This document shows positions 42,901 through 61,649 of a stretch of 64,000 bases of DNA, one piece after another (position 1 is the stretch's first letter; each line of letters starts with the position of its first letter). Made by a program: the position numbers and the translations under genes. The notes under the pieces are model-generated. The model was not told the origin of the DNA and did no database searches. It saw only the letters and a program-made list of their open reading frames with translations. Source of the stretch: the human T2T-CHM13v2.0 reference genome, Homo sapiens. The stretch lies in assembly GCF_009914755.1 (NCBI RefSeq), contig NC_060935.1, one strand, 5' to 3'.

Positions 42901-45900
42901 ATATATTGAATAATATCTTGATAAAACTAAAATATTCCCAGTTTTCTAAATAGTACAGAGACAAAAAGAAGTATCAGAACTCCCTCTTAGAAATGATATT
43001 TCTTTCCATTTTCACCTGGTATTATTGAAGAACTCTGAGCTTTCAAAAAAGGCCCAGAACCTCTGCAAAACCACAGATAAAATTATAAGCAGCTTGGTTT
43101 GAAAGAGGCTTATAATAAGGCATGCATTTCTCCATCAATGATAATCCCACCCATAGTCATCCACATGGAAGCTCCCTGAAAACCAAAAGAAGGCAGAAAA
43201 ACGTGTGATTTCTTGAATTTGGATTTTTAATAACGTCACCAACACTAGGTAAGCCAGCAGCTGTCCCCATGGACTCCATGTGGTCCTTCCATATACACCA
43301 ATTCTCTTCATCAGCAGAAACGGCTTCCCAATAATTTTCTCCAGCAATTTAACAGAAGGAAAAAGTCAACAAATGCCCAATGGTGGAATCTTGAAAATGT
43401 TCATGGAAGAAATGATAAGAAAACTCATGAAGTTACATAGATGGATTTTAATCTCTGTTACATCACTTCTAGCCATGTCAAGTCACCCTTTGTATACCAG
43501 ATTTCTCAACTATACAATAATGCCCCTCTGAAGACTTTTTAGAGATTAGTACAAGAAAGCTGGAACATTCATTGCCAATAATATACAAAGAACATAAATT
43601 CAGTGCACTATTGTATACCCACCCTTCCTCATGGACACGCATCCCTAAAATCAGAAGACAGCTTCGTCCAAAAGAGCAGAGGAGCTGATTCACAGCACTG
43701 AGAGCTGCTTAACAATACAGTGGTGCTGCACAGCAAATACAATTTTATGACAGGAAGCATGGCCATATTCTTTGTAAAGTCATCAGCTTAGAGCCTCTTG
43801 TCCACCTCCTGTTAATTTTCTTGTGCAGACAGTAAAACTTAACCAAAGAGAGCTCAGTAGTGCCAAGGCTTCAGAGTTTGCCTCTCAGCTGAATTTACTT
43901 ATACAGAGATTATTCTTAAACACTGGCCATTATGCAAGCCTAGATAAGATTTCCAGATGTGCACATTTGGGAGACAAATCCTGTGTGTTAGAAGGCTGAA
44001 GGGAATTTTGTTTTTACTGATGATGGATGATCTCTTCACCCATGGAATATCTCTCCAGGAAGATAGGGACAATCATGTCTGGTCACCACAGGGCTAATCC
44101 CCAGTTTTTAGGCACATGTGAGGCTCCTATCATGGCTAAGGTAAGATCTTCATCCATCATTGAAAGGAAATATATGCTCTCTAATACTTTAAGTTACTTA
44201 TGAGACTTGGAATGCAGGCTGATAGGGTGGTTAGAATTCTGGACCAGAACCTAGTGCTCTCGCTTTTTGTGCAGACTCTGAGTCATTCAAGGAATAAAAC
44301 ACGACCTCTTTATCTCCCCCGCTCCTTTTTTCCCCACTAATAAAAATGGTGTTGTAATACTGATACCTGTGTCTAATTATAGCAAGGACAAGAATTATAT
44401 AGCACAGTTCAGCCAGGACGGTAAAAAGCACTTTTCAAAATACAGTTCAGCCATCCTCTCAAGCTTCTTCTGCTCTCCTAGGCCAATTCCTGAATGCTAA
44501 AATTATTTGAATAGTCACAGAGCATGGTGCATTAATAAATGATCAAAGAGTGTGCATTTTCTAATGTCCCTTTGGACTCGATAAAGAAACTGGCAAATAT
44601 TCCATTAACCACAAGCCAAGAAGTCATTTTTTAAGCTTGAAATATATTTCCCCATCTCATGTTGGAGGTGGGTCACCAGGATTGCTTAGTTTATGCACTT
44701 AAAAACTGACTTCTTAAAGAAAAAGGTTGAGATGGATTATTTATGAACATGCATAAATTATGTAGTAATTTCATTGAGATTTCTCGGACTTCTATGAAGT
44801 AGAATATCCCCTGTGGTGGCCACATCTCATTTAATCCATTTGTTTCATCTTTTCCTCCACTTCAGAGGCTTCCCATATTTTAAGGTTCACTTTGATACAA
44901 TAGCTCACTTTGAAATGTAATTTTACGATATATTTATTATGTGTTCCTGTGTCTCACTAAATATTGCCTTATAAGAAAAGAAACCCATGTAACACACACA
45001 AACAAAAAGGAAATTATACCTAAGAGAGTCATCATCATTTATGATAAGATGGATGAGTAGAAGAACTAATGCCAAACAAAATCACAATAAGGAAGAACAA
45101 TGAGAAAAACTAGAAAATAATAATCTACACGTGATTTTACTTCTCTCGGTGCTTAGATATACTCTCCTGTCTTCACCATGGAGGATTGAGGCAGTATTAT
45201 AAGCTCCATTTTACTGGCAAAGCATTGAAAAGCATAAAGTTACATGACTTACCAACCCCACATAAATGAATCACTTGCAAAATCACCACCAAAAATCTAC
45301 AAATAAGTATTATTTTCATCTTAGCTACAGAACTGGAAGACATGAATCATTGTGGCCCTTTATTTGTCAGTGTTTTCAAGGGTTATATCCACATAAACAA
45401 AATTCTAAAATGTAATTGCACACTTAAACCCTACACTAATATATGTAAATAAATACCCCATCACACAAACTATCTAAATAGATAATACAGCAAGAATATG
45501 TACATAACAATTTCATAATAGTTTTTGGAAACTTCGATGATTAATAATAAAGGGTTATAGTCATACAATAAAACACCAAGCTGAAATTAAAAATAGCATT
45601 AGAGGCAAATCTTTATTTCCTGGAAAAATGATGTTCATATATTGCTAAGAAAAAAAATGAAACAGACCTCAAAACAGCAAATTGTAGTATTGTTGTAAAG
45701 AAATATCATGGAAAATTCTGGCAGATCATGCACCAAATTTTAACAGTTGTTATCTTTGGTGGCAGAATTATGGCTGATTTTGCTTTCTTTCTCTGTATAT
45801 TTCCATGCTTTCTGATAGTACCCTATTGATTTCTACCACAGTTATAATTAGCAGAAAATTGTAATCTACTTTTTTTTAGTAAAAATAAAAATACTTTATG

Positions 45901-46466
45901 AAGAGGCTGCGCCTAGTAATACTGATTAAATGAACATATGGATTCTGGGGATTCTACTCTTGAACGTGTCAAGTTTTACATATGATTAAATATCTGCTTA
46001 AGACTTTGATACCTTGATCAGCAAGTTAAAAGTGGGAAGATGAGGATCTGAAATCTTCCTCCTTAATTTCCAAAATACAGCTGGAATCTAACATAAAGAA
46101 AATTTAATGGGGATTTATTTATAGAGTTGAGTTCTGAAACATATAAGGAGATAGAACATAAGGCTTTGAGGTTGTTATCATTCAGTGTCTAAGCTCGGCA
46201 ACTGTTTAGCTTAATTTGACCAATTTTTATTAAACACATAATATATGCTGGGCACTCTGCTGGCTGAAAGAAAAATGAAAGTGAATAACAAATGGTTCTT
46301 GAAATTCACTGTCCATTGTGGTAAGCTTGTGTGATGCAGCAAAGCACTATGTTAAATTCAAGAATAGGCGTATAATCTTACCAAGAGTTGAAAGGCAAGA
46401 AAGATTCCCTAAAGGAGGTGATGATGAACTCAGTGTAGAAGAATGATTAGAAAATATAGCAGCTAG

Positions 46467-46583
<117 letters not shown>

Positions 46584-46715
46584 TAAGAAGGTGAGACACT
46601 TTTCAGGACCACAGAGAAGCAGAAAAGACTCCAAACAGACAGTAAGAGAAGCAGAGTTCCATAACTGCAGCGCCCCTCTTCACGACCTGCCCCACACCAA
46701 GCATGTGGAAAATTT

Positions 46716-47025
46716 TCCCAAGTAACTGAGACTACACCAGCATGCCATCATGTCTGGCTAATTAAAAAAAGTTTTAGCAATGGGGGTCTCAATATGTTGC
46801 CCAGGCAGGTCTCAAGCTTTTAGCCTCAAACAATCCTCCCACTTCAGCCTCCTGAGTAGCTGCAGGTACAAGTTTTGGTTTCTATTGGATATTTTTGCTT
46901 AGAAATTATTTTTAATTTAAGTATTTCTTTTTTTTCCCCCACTAGGTTGCTGCCTCCTTTTTGGCACTAGATGGTGTGGTAAGCCCATGTTTACCTTAGT
47001 TTTAGTAAACAATTTGGGATAGGGA
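46716..47025 (-). repeat. Inverted duplicate of 47410-47722 (L1 5' UTR plus part of an AluJ)
   Basis: About 310 bp, roughly 20 substitutions and one indel by hand alignment (about 93% identity). Confidence 0.93.
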
Positions 47026-47566
47026 AAATTCACACAGTTTCTACACTGAAAAAAAGTAGGACTGAGGTGGAAAGCCAGCTTCCCCACTTTGACTTTGCTG
47101 GCAGGAAACTCAAGTGAATTCCTTTGGGTTGTCCCTGTTTCAACCCATAGGAAGCATGAGAAGTGCCTGAAGGGAGAAATATCACTGAGCACAGCCAGAT
47201 AAAAAGTGGGGAGGTGGAACTTCCATCACCAGCCCTGGACTCTGCTCTGTAACTCAGCCAAAGGAGACACTAAATCAGAGTAGCTGTTCAATTTCACCAT
47301 CCTATGGGAAGTTCATTGTACAAGACCACTAGGCATGAACCTGTAGCCACCTTTGCTCCACTACCTGGATATTCCCTTTGGAACCTTCCCCATTTGGGAC
47401 AGGTGGCACTCCCTGTCCTAAATTGTTAACTAAAACTAAGGTAAACATGAGCTTACTACACCATCTAGTGCCAAATAGGAGGCAGCAACCTAGCGGGGGA
47501 AAAAAAGAAAGAAACACTTAAATTAAAAAGGATTTCTAAGCAAAAATATCCAATAGAAACCAAAAC

Positions 47567-47845
47567 TTGTACTTGCAGCTACTCAGGAGGCTGAAGAGGG
47601 AGGGTTGTTTGAGGCTAAAAGCTTGAGACCTGCCTGGGCAACATAGTGAGACCCCCATTGTTAAAACTTTTTTTAATTAGCCAGACATGGTGGCATGCAG
47701 CTGTAGTCTCAGTCATTTGGGAGGCTGAGGCAAGGGGATCCCTGGAGCACAGGTGTTTGAGGCTTCATTGAGCTATTATGATCATGCCACTACACACAGG
47801 CCTGGGTGATAGACTAAGACCCCATCTCTTACAAACAAACAAAAG
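47567..47845 (+). mobile_element. 5'-truncated AluJ inside the L1MA3 5' region
   Basis: Divergent dimeric Alu with J-type features. Confidence 0.85.
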
Positions 47846-49562
47846 CCCAAACCAAAAAACAGTCCAGACATACATGACTAGAATAAATTAGTAATCCATC
47901 AATGCAAAGACACAGATATATATCTACAAGAAACAACAGCAAACAGGGAATCATGACCTCCTCAAATATACAAAGCAACAAACCAGTGATGGACTCTAAT
48001 GAGACAGTGATATATGAATTCTCTGAAAAAAAAATTCAAAATTGCAATTTTAAAGAAACTCAATGATTTCGAAGATAACAAAGAAAACCAATTCAGAAAT
48101 TTATTAGATAAATTTAATGAGATTGGAATATTTTTTAAATGAACAGAAACCTTGGAACTGAGAACTATATTTGCTGAACTAAAAGATTAATTAGAGGTTC
48201 TCAACAGCAGAATGAATTAAGCAGAGGAAAGAAGCAGTGATCTTGAAAACAGGCTGTTTGAAAATATACAGTCAGAGGAGAAAAAAGAAACAAGAGTAAA
48301 AGGAATAGGATTGCCCACAAGATAAAGAAAATTATCTAAAAAGACTATATCTAAGACATGTTGGTATTCAAGACGAAGTTGAGCAAAAGCAAGGGCTAGG
48401 AAGTTTATTCAAAGAGATAATAACAGAAAACTTTCCAAAATTTGAGGATATAAATATCCAGGTACAGAAAGGTTAGAGAACACCAAGGTGATTCAACCCA
48501 AATAAGACTACACCAAGACATATAACAAACAAACTCTCAAAAGCCAAGAACAAAGAGAGGATCTTAAAGGCAGCAAAAGAAAAGAAGCAAATAGAATGTA
48601 AAAGTGTTCCAATTCATCTGGCAACAGACTTCTCAACAGAAACAACGCAAGCTAGGAGATAATGGAATAATTCCAAAGTATTGAAAGAAAAAAATGCCAT
48701 TCAAAAATAGTATATCCAACAAAGCCACACTTAAATTTAAATAAGAGATAAGCCTTTCTCAGACAAACAAATGCTGGGAGAATTCACTACTATCAACCTA
48801 TCTTAAAAGAAATGCTGAAGGAAGTTGTTCAATCTGAGAGAGAAAAAAAAACATTAACATGAAAAAAGAAAACATTTAAAGCTATAAAACTGCGAGTAAA
48901 ATTAAGTACACAGAAAAACCCAGAATACTCTAATACTGTAATTGTGATGTACCATTCTCTAATAACACTAGTGTGAGGCTCAAAAGACAAATCTATCAAA
49001 ATCAATAATTGCTACAGCAACCTGATAAGAGATAGGCAATATAAGATATATAAATTGAGTCAACAAAGTCAAAATGTGAAGATGAAGGAAAAAGTTAAAA
49101 TGTGGAGCCTTTAAAAAGTTTTTTCTTTGCTTGTTTGTTTTCAATGTAAGATAAGTTGTCATCTATTTAAAATAACTTCTTATATCTGTAAGATAGTTTT
49201 TGTAAGCCTCATGGTAACCACAATGAAAAAACCTATAATAGATTCACCAAAAATAAAAAAATATATATATCAAAACACACTACTATCTAGGAGGGGTTGG
49301 AGCCAAGATGGCCGAATAGGAACAGCCCCAGTCTACAGCTCCCAGTGTGAGCGACGCAGAAGACGGGTGATTTCTGCATTTCCAACTGAGGTACCGGGTT
49401 CATCTCACTGGGGAGTGCCAGACAGTGGGTGCAGGACAGTGGATGCAGTGCACCATGTGTCAGCCGAAGCAGGGTGAGGCATCGCCTCACCCGGGAAGCA
49501 CAAGGGGTCAGGGAATTCCCTTTCCTAGTCAAAGAAAGGGGTGACAGACAGCACCTGGAAAA

Positions 49563-49745
49563 TCAGGTCACTCCCACCCTAATACTGTGCTTTTCCAATG
49601 GGCTTATCAAAGGGCACACCAGGAGATTATATCCCACACCTGGCTCAGAGGGTCCTACGCCCACAGAGCCTCGCTTATTGCTAGCACAGCAGTCTGAGAT
49701 CAAACTGCAAGGCAGCAGCGAGGCTGGGGGAGGGGTGCCCACCAT
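49563..49745 (-). pseudogene. ORF0: L1 ORF0, 60 aa, C-terminally truncated
   Basis: MVGTPPPASLLPCSLISDCCASN...IRVGVT* matches the primate L1 antisense ORF0. Confidence 0.8.
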
Positions 49746-50320
49746 TGCTCAGGCTTGAGTAGGTAAACAAAGCAGCCTGCAAGCTCGAACTGGGTGGAGT
49801 CCACCACAGCTCAAGGAGGCCTGTCTGCCTCTGTAGACTCCACCTCTGGGGGCAGGGCACAGACAAACAAAAGACAGCAGTAACCTCTGCAGACTTAAAT
49901 GTCCCTGTCTGATAGCTTTGAAGAGATTAGTGGTTCTCCCAGCACACAGCTTGAGATCTGAGAACGGGCAGACTGCCTCCTCAAGTGAGTCCCTAACCCC
50001 TAAGTAGCCTAACTGGGAGGCACCCCCCAGTAGGGGCGGACTGACACCTCACATGGCCGGGTACTCCTCTGAGACAAAACTTCCAGATGAATGATCAGGC
50101 AGCAGCATTTGCGGTTCACCAACATCTGCTGTTCTGCAGCCACTGCTGCTGATACCCAGGCAAACAAGTTCTGGAGTGGACCTCCAGTAAACTCCAACAG
50201 ACCTGCAGCTGAGGGTCCTGACTGTTAGAAGGAAAACCAACAAACAGAAAGGACATTCACACGAAAAACCCATCTGTACGTCACCAGCATCAAAGACCAA
50301 AGGTAGATAAAATCACAAAG

Positions 50321-51337
50321 ATGGGGAAAAAACAGAGCAGAAAAACCAGAAACTCTAAAAATCAGAGCACCTCTCCTCCTCCAAAGGAACGCAGCTCCTC
50401 ACCAGCAACGGAACAAAGCTGGACAGAGAATGACTTTGACGAGCTGGGAGAGGAAGGCTTCAGAATATCAAACTACACCGAACTAAAGGAGGAAGTTCAA
50501 ACCAATGGCAAAGAAGTTAAAAACTTTGAAAAAAAATTATACGAATGGATAACTAGAATAACCAATGCAGAGAAGTCCTTAAAGCACCTGATGGAGCTGA
50601 AAACCATGGCATGAGAACTACAAGATGAATGCATAAGCCTCAGTAACCAATGCAATCAACTTGAAGAAAGGGTATCAGAGATGGAAGATGAAATGAATGA
50701 AATGAAGTGTGAAGAGAAGTTTAGAGCAAAAAGAATAAAAAGAAATGAACAAAGCCTCTAAGAAATATGGGACTAAGTGAAAAGACCAAATCTACGTGTG
50801 ACTGGTGTACCTGAAAGTGACGCGGAGAATGGAACCAAGTTGGAAAACACTCTGCAGAATATTATCCAGGAGAACTTCCCCAATCTAGCAAGGCAGGCCA
50901 GCATTCAGATTCAGGAAATATAGAGAATGCCACAAAGATACTCCTCGAGAAGAGCAACTCTAAGACACATAATTGTCACATTCACCAAAGTTGAAATGAA
51001 GGAAAAAATGTTAAGGACAGCCAGAGAGAAAGGTGGGGTTACCCACAAACGGAAGCCCATCAGACTAACAGCTGATCTCTTGGCAGAAACTCTACAAGCC
51101 AGAAGAGAGTGTAGGCCCTTATTCAACATTCTTAACGAGAAGAATTTTCAACCCAGAATTTCATATCCAGCCAAACTAAGCTTCATAAGTGAAGGAGAAA
51201 TAAAATACTTTACAGACAAGCAAATGCTGAGAGATTTTGTCACCACCAGGCCTGCCCTAAAAGAGCTCCTGAAGGAAGCACTAAACATAGAAAGGAAAAA
51301 CTGGTACCAGCCACTGCAAAAACATGCCAAATTGTAA
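50321..51337 (+). pseudogene. ORF1: L1 ORF1p with multiple stops
   Basis: Track fragments 50321..50614 and 50927..51337. Confidence 0.93.
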
Positions 51338-51400
51338 AGACCATCAAGGCTAGGTAGAAACTGCATCAACTAATGAGCAAAATAACCAGCTAACATCATA

Positions 51401-55222
<3,822 letters not shown>

Positions 55223-58128
55223 ACAATGAGAACACATGGACACAGGAGGGGGAACATCACACACTGGGGACTGTTGTGAGGTGGGGGGAGGTGGGAGGGA
55301 TATCATTAGGAGATATACCTAATGTTAATGACAAGTTAATGGGTGCAGCACACCAACAAGGCACATATATACATATGTAACAAAGCCTGCACGTTGTGCA
55401 CATGTACCCTAAAACTTAAAGTATAATAATAATAATAATAATAAAGAAGGTAATAAAAAATGTACTTAAACAAATGAACATGAAACTCGAACATACCAAA
55501 ATCTATGAGGTATGACAAAAGGAATACTAAGAGGAAAGTTCATAGCAATAAATGTTTATATCAAAAAAAGGAGAAAGATTTCAAATAAGCAACCTAAGGA
55601 TGCACCTCAAGGAACTCCAAAAGCAACAATAAGCCAAACCCAAAATCAGCAGGAAAAAAAAAAGAAATAATAAAGGTCAGAGAAGAAATAACTTCAATCA
55701 AAACTTAAAAACAATGCACAAGATCAACAAAACAAAAAGTTATTTTTTGAAAAAATAAACAAAATAAAAACTTTTAGTTAGATTAAAAAAAATAGAAGAC
55801 CCAAATAAAATCAGAAATGAAAAAATTGAACAATTGAGACCACAGTAACACAAACAATCATCAGAGACTATTATGAAAAGCTATATGCAAACAAATTTGA
55901 AAACCAAAACAATGGAGAAATTTGTGAACATATATAACCAAACCAGAATGAACCATGAAGAAATAGAAAACTTCAACAAGCTTATAATGATAAATGAGAT
56001 GAAAGCCATAAAAAGTCTCTCATCAAAGAAAAGCCCAGGACCTGAAAGATTCACTGCTGAATTATACCAAACATTCAAAGAAGAATTAATACCAATTCTA
56101 CAGAATTAGTATTCAAAAACATTGAAGGGGAGAAAATACTGCCAAACTTATTCTACAAGGCCAGCATTACCCTGATATCAAAACCAGACAAGGACACAAC
56201 CCAAAAGGAAAACTACAATCCAGCATCTCTGATGAACATAGAAGCAAAAATCCTCAACAAAATACTAGCAAACCAAATTGAACAACACAATAAAAAGATC
56301 ATTCACTAAGTTCCAGTGGGATTCATCCCGGGGATGCAAAAACAGTTTAACATACGCAAATCAATAAATATGATACACCACAATAACAAAAAAAAAGCCA
56401 TACAATCATTTCAATACATGCTGAAAAAGTATTCAATATAATTCAGCATCCCTTTAAGATAAAAATTCTCAACAAACTGGGAATGGAAGGAACATAGCTC
56501 AAAATAATAAAGACCATATATGACAAACCCACAGCTAACATGGTACTGAACAGTGAAAAATTGAAAGCCTTTCCTCTAGGATCTTGAATAAGACAATGAT
56601 GCCCACTTTAACCACTTTTATTCAGCATGATACTAGAAGTACTGGCCAGAGCAATCAGGCAAGAGAAAGAACTAAGGGGCATTCAAATTTGGAAAGGAAG
56701 ATGTCAAATTAGACTTGTTTGCATATGACATGATTTTATTCTTAGAAAAACATTAAAACACTACAAAAAAACTATTAAAACTAATAAATTCAGTAAAGTT
56801 GCAGGATACAAAGTCAGCATACAAAAACCAGTGACATTTATATGTGACTTAGGAGAACAATCTGAAAGAGAAATCAAGAAAGCAATCCTATTTACAATAA
56901 CTACAAAGAATATAAAAGCCCTGGAATCAATTTAAACAAAGAAGTAAAAGACGTATACAAGGAAAACTATGAAACACTGATGAAAGAAAATGAAAAGAAC
57001 ACAAAAAATGGAAAGATATTCCATGCTTATGAATTGGAAGAACTAATATTGTGAAAATGACAATACTATACAAAAAAATTTACAGATTCAATACAATTCC
57101 TGTCAAAATACTAGACGGTCTTCACATAAATAGAAAAAGCAATCCTAAAATGCATATGACCCACAAAAGACCTCAAGTAGCCAAAGCAATCCTGAGCAAA
57201 AAGAACAAGACTGGAGGCATCATACTGCTTGATTTCAAAATATACTACAGAACTATAGTAACCAAATCAGCACGGTACTGGCATAAAAACAGACAGAGAT
57301 CAATGGAACAGAACAGAGAACCCAGATATAAATCTATGCATTTACAGCCAATTCATTTTTGACAAAGTTACCAAGAACATACAATGGAAAAAGACAGTGT
57401 TTTCAATGAATGATGCTAAGAAAAATGAATAACCATATGTAGAAAAATGAAACTAGACCCTGATTTTTCACCATACACAAAAATCAGATCAAAATGGATT
57501 AAAAATTTAAATTTAACTCCTGAAACAATAAAACTACTAAAGGAAAACTTTAAGGAAATTCAACAGGACACTGATATGGTCAAAGTTTTTTTTTTTTTTT
57601 TTTTTTTTTTGCAGGAGACCTCAGAAGCACAGGCAACTAAAGCAAAAATAGATAAATGGGATTACATCAAGTTATAAACTCCCTGTACCAAAAAGAAAAT
57701 AATCAACAAAGTGAAGAGACAACCCCAAAAATGGCAGAAATTATTTGCAAACTATCCATCTGACAAGGGATTAATAACCAGAATATATAAGGAGCTCAAA
57801 CAACTCAATAGCAAAATTAAATAAATTAATAATCTGTTTAATAAGTGGGCAAAATATCTGAATAGACATTTTTCCAAGGGAAATGAACATGGCCAACATG
57901 TATATGAAAAAACGCTCAACATCACTAATCATCAAAGAAATGCAAATTAAAATCACAATGAGACATTTCATCCCAGTTAAAATGACTTCTATCAAAAATA
58001 TAGGGAGTAACAGATGCTGATGAGGACGAAAAGGAAGCAGAACCTTTGTACAATATTGGTGGGTGTGTAAATTAGTGGAGCCACTATGGAAAAACTGTAT
58101 GAAAGTTCCTCAAAAAACTAAAAATAGA

Positions 58129-58398
<270 letters not shown>

Positions 58399-59105
58399 CT
58401 AAAAATAGAACTATCATATGATCCAGTAATTGCACCACTGTGTATTTATCCAAAGGATAGGAAATTACCATATCTAAGAGATATCTGCACTCCCATGTTC
58501 ATTGCAGCACTATTCACAATAGCCAAAATATGGAAACAACCTAAGTGCAAATCAACAGATGAACAGATAAAGAAAATGTGGTATATAAACACAATGGAAT
58601 ATTATTCAACCATAAAAAAAGAATGAAATTCTGTCAGTTTCAGCAACACAGAAGGAAGAGGAGGTCATTAAGTGAAATGAGCCAAGCGTAGAAAGACAAA
58701 TATTGCATTTTTTCACTCATATGTGGGAGCTAAAAAGGTGGATCTCATGATGATAGAGAATTAGACTGGTGGTTACCATAGTCTGGGAAGGTAAGGGAGT
58801 GGGAAGGGAGGAATAAAGAGAAATTGGTTAATGGGCACAAATATACAGTTTAGTAGAAGAAATAAGACCTGGTGTTTGAAAGATCAGTAGCATGACTATA
58901 GTTTACAATAATCTATAGTATATTTCAAAATAACTAGAACAATTTGAATGTTTCTAGAATGAAGAAAAGACACATATTTAAGGTGATGATATCCTAATTA
59001 CACAGATTTGATCTGTACAATTTATATGAATGCATTAAATTATCACATGTACCCCACATTTAACCCCAAAATATATACATCTATTATGTATCATTTTTTT
59101 AACAA

Positions 59106-60340
59106 AGAAAATTATGAGGGTGAACAGAGAAAAGCATAGCATTCCAGGCATAAGGGAGTGTACATACACGAAAAGAAGAGAGGAGAACGACAACAAAAAC
59201 ATAAAAATACTCAAGTTATGAGTCCTGCTAGAACAAAACTTGGATGCAGGTACTGGTAGAAGTGAAGGCTGGATGTGAAAGCAAAGCCCAGATCTCATAG
59301 TTGTTTGGTCACTGGGGGGAGAAACAGGGGCTTGGAGATAATGAGATTTGTGATTATCTTGGATAGTCTGGCTTGTAGAAGTGATTCAGTGATATCACTG
59401 GCTGAGATAAGTATAACAACAGCAATAGTAGCAAAAATTTATTGAGATTTAAATATTTGCCAGACTCTGTGCTAAACTCTTTCATACATTGACTCATTTA
59501 TCCCTCATAACCTTCCTGTGAGGAGGAGGGTGACATTGCAATGTTAAAAGATAATGAATTCAGGAAGGTGAACAGGCTGGAGTGGGAGGAGAAGATATTG
59601 AAATCAGTTTTAAACATGTTGAACTGGAGGTAAATATGGAACCTCCAGATGGAGAGTTCAGCAGCAGCAGGAAACTGGAGTCTGGAGTGGAGAGGAGAAG
59701 TTAGGGATAAAAAATGTAGAACTGGGAATAATTTGCACATAGAAATTTCTTAAAAACCATGCTCAAGAAATTACTAATTCAGGAAAAGCATGTAGAATAT
59801 GAAAAAAGGCAGGTTACAAACAGAGTTTTTAGAGGATGGGGGCAACAACACAGAGGAAGGTAGAGAGTATTTTTGAAGGACATTGCCAAAAAAGTGTCTG
59901 ACTTAGGCAAAAAAAGGCTACCCCACAAACACCAAGGCAAATAAGTCCTAAGAAGGTGATTACTACAAGGAACCAATGCTGGCAGGAAGTTAGTCACATG
60001 AGAAACAAAATGTGCCTATCTCATTTGGCAACATGAAGTCATTACTGACTGCATTGTCAGTTCTGACATGGATGGGAGCCACATTGTTGATGATTGAGGA
60101 GTGAAAGTTAAAAAAAAAAAGAAGTGAAAACAACAAGTAGAGAAGACTCACACTGCTGAGATGCTTCAGAAGAAACGGGGGAGAGAGATAAGGCATTAGA
60201 GGTAGGATAGTAGCATCAGGGAATAAAGACGCAAAAGAGCAGGGTTTCACTTGTTTGTTTTAGGGCTGGAAGAAACCAAATAGATTCTAGATGAAGGGAA
60301 AGAACTAGTCCAGAGACATAGGGTGAAGTTGAAAAGAGGA
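59106..60340 (-). mobile_element. L2, continuing the piece at about 46200-46465, with a MIR piece near 59420-59520
   Basis: Purine-rich antisense L2 motifs 'gcattccaggc', 'ttttaaacatgttgaac', 'tttggcaacatgaagtcattactgac'. Confidence 0.65.
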
Positions 60341-60344
60341 AGTA

Positions 60345-60609
60345 TTTTTTTAGATAGACTATTTTTCAGACTAGTTTTGAGTTAACAGCAATACTGAGCA
60401 GATGGTACTGCTATAGTTTGGATACTTGACCCTCCAAATATCATATTTAAATTTGGTCCCCAATGTTGGAAAGTAGGGCCTAGTGGAGGTATTTTGGTCA
60501 CAGGGAGCAAATTCCTCATGAATGGCTTGGTGCTGTCCTTGCAGGAATGAGTGAGTTCTAATTCTGTTAGTTTCCATGAAGACTGGAGGGCTGGTTGTTA
60601 GAAAGAGCC

Positions 60610-60662
<53 letters not shown>

Positions 60663-61642
60663 TCTCTCTCTCTCTATCTTCCTCTCAACGTGTGATATCT
60701 GCACATGCTGTCTCCACCTCTCATTCCGCTAGGAATGGAAGCAGCCTGAAGTCCTCACCAGAAACAGATGTCAGCACCTTGCATCTTATACAGTTCTGCA
60801 GAACAGATAGCCAGACAAACCAATTTTTAAAAATAAATTACCCAGCCTCAAGTATTCCTTTATAGCAACACAAATGGATTAAGACATGTACATGGGTTTT
60901 TCTTAAACCCCCTGACCCTTACAAATGCATGGCCTCCCACACTATCAAAATCTGACACCAGAGTAGTACATTTGATACATTTGATGGATCTATATAGGCA
61001 CATCATCACGACCCAAACTTCATAGTTTACATTAGGGTTTATTCTTGGTGTTGTCCAGTTTATGGGTTTTGACAAAATGCATGATGACATATATGCACCA
61101 CTGTAGTATTATAAAGAATACTTTTACTTTTCCATAAAAATCCTCTGTGCTCTGCCTATTCTTCCCTTTCTCTTGTCTTGCCTAGTAGTTTGGCAGCCAC
61201 TGATCATTTTATTGTCTCCATAGTTTTTCAGAATGTCATTTCGTTGACATCAGACAGTATATGGATTTTTGATATTAGTTCTTTCATTTAGTAATATACA
61301 TAAGCTTCCTCCTTGTCTCTTCATGGCTTGATAGCTCATTTTGTTTTAGTATTGAATAATATTCCATTGTCCAGATATTCCACAGTTTGTTTATCCATTC
61401 ACCTGCTGTGGGACATTTTGGTTGCATCTAAGTTTTGGCATATATGAACAAAGCAGCCATGAACATTCATTTGCTAGTTTTTGTGTGGACATAAGTTTTC
61501 GCCTCATTTGGGTAAATGCAAAAGAGCACAGTTAATGATGCATATGGTAGGAATATGTTTAGTTTTGTAAGAAACTGTCAAACTGTCTGCCAAAGTAGCT
61601 GTACCATTTTGCATTCCCACCAGCAATGAATTAGAGTTCCTA
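60345..61642 (-). mobile_element. L1MC1/2-like 3' end, split by an MST LTR
   Basis: Antisense 3' UTR 'catagtttacattagggttt...ggtgttgt' and ORF2-end sequence. Confidence 0.75.
60409..60886 (+). mobile_element. Complete MST-family (MSTB1-like) solo LTR with an internal (TC)n expansion
   Basis: TG...CA ends; 5-bp TSD ggtac/tgtac (4/5). Confidence 0.88.
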
Positions 61643-61649
61643 GGAAATA

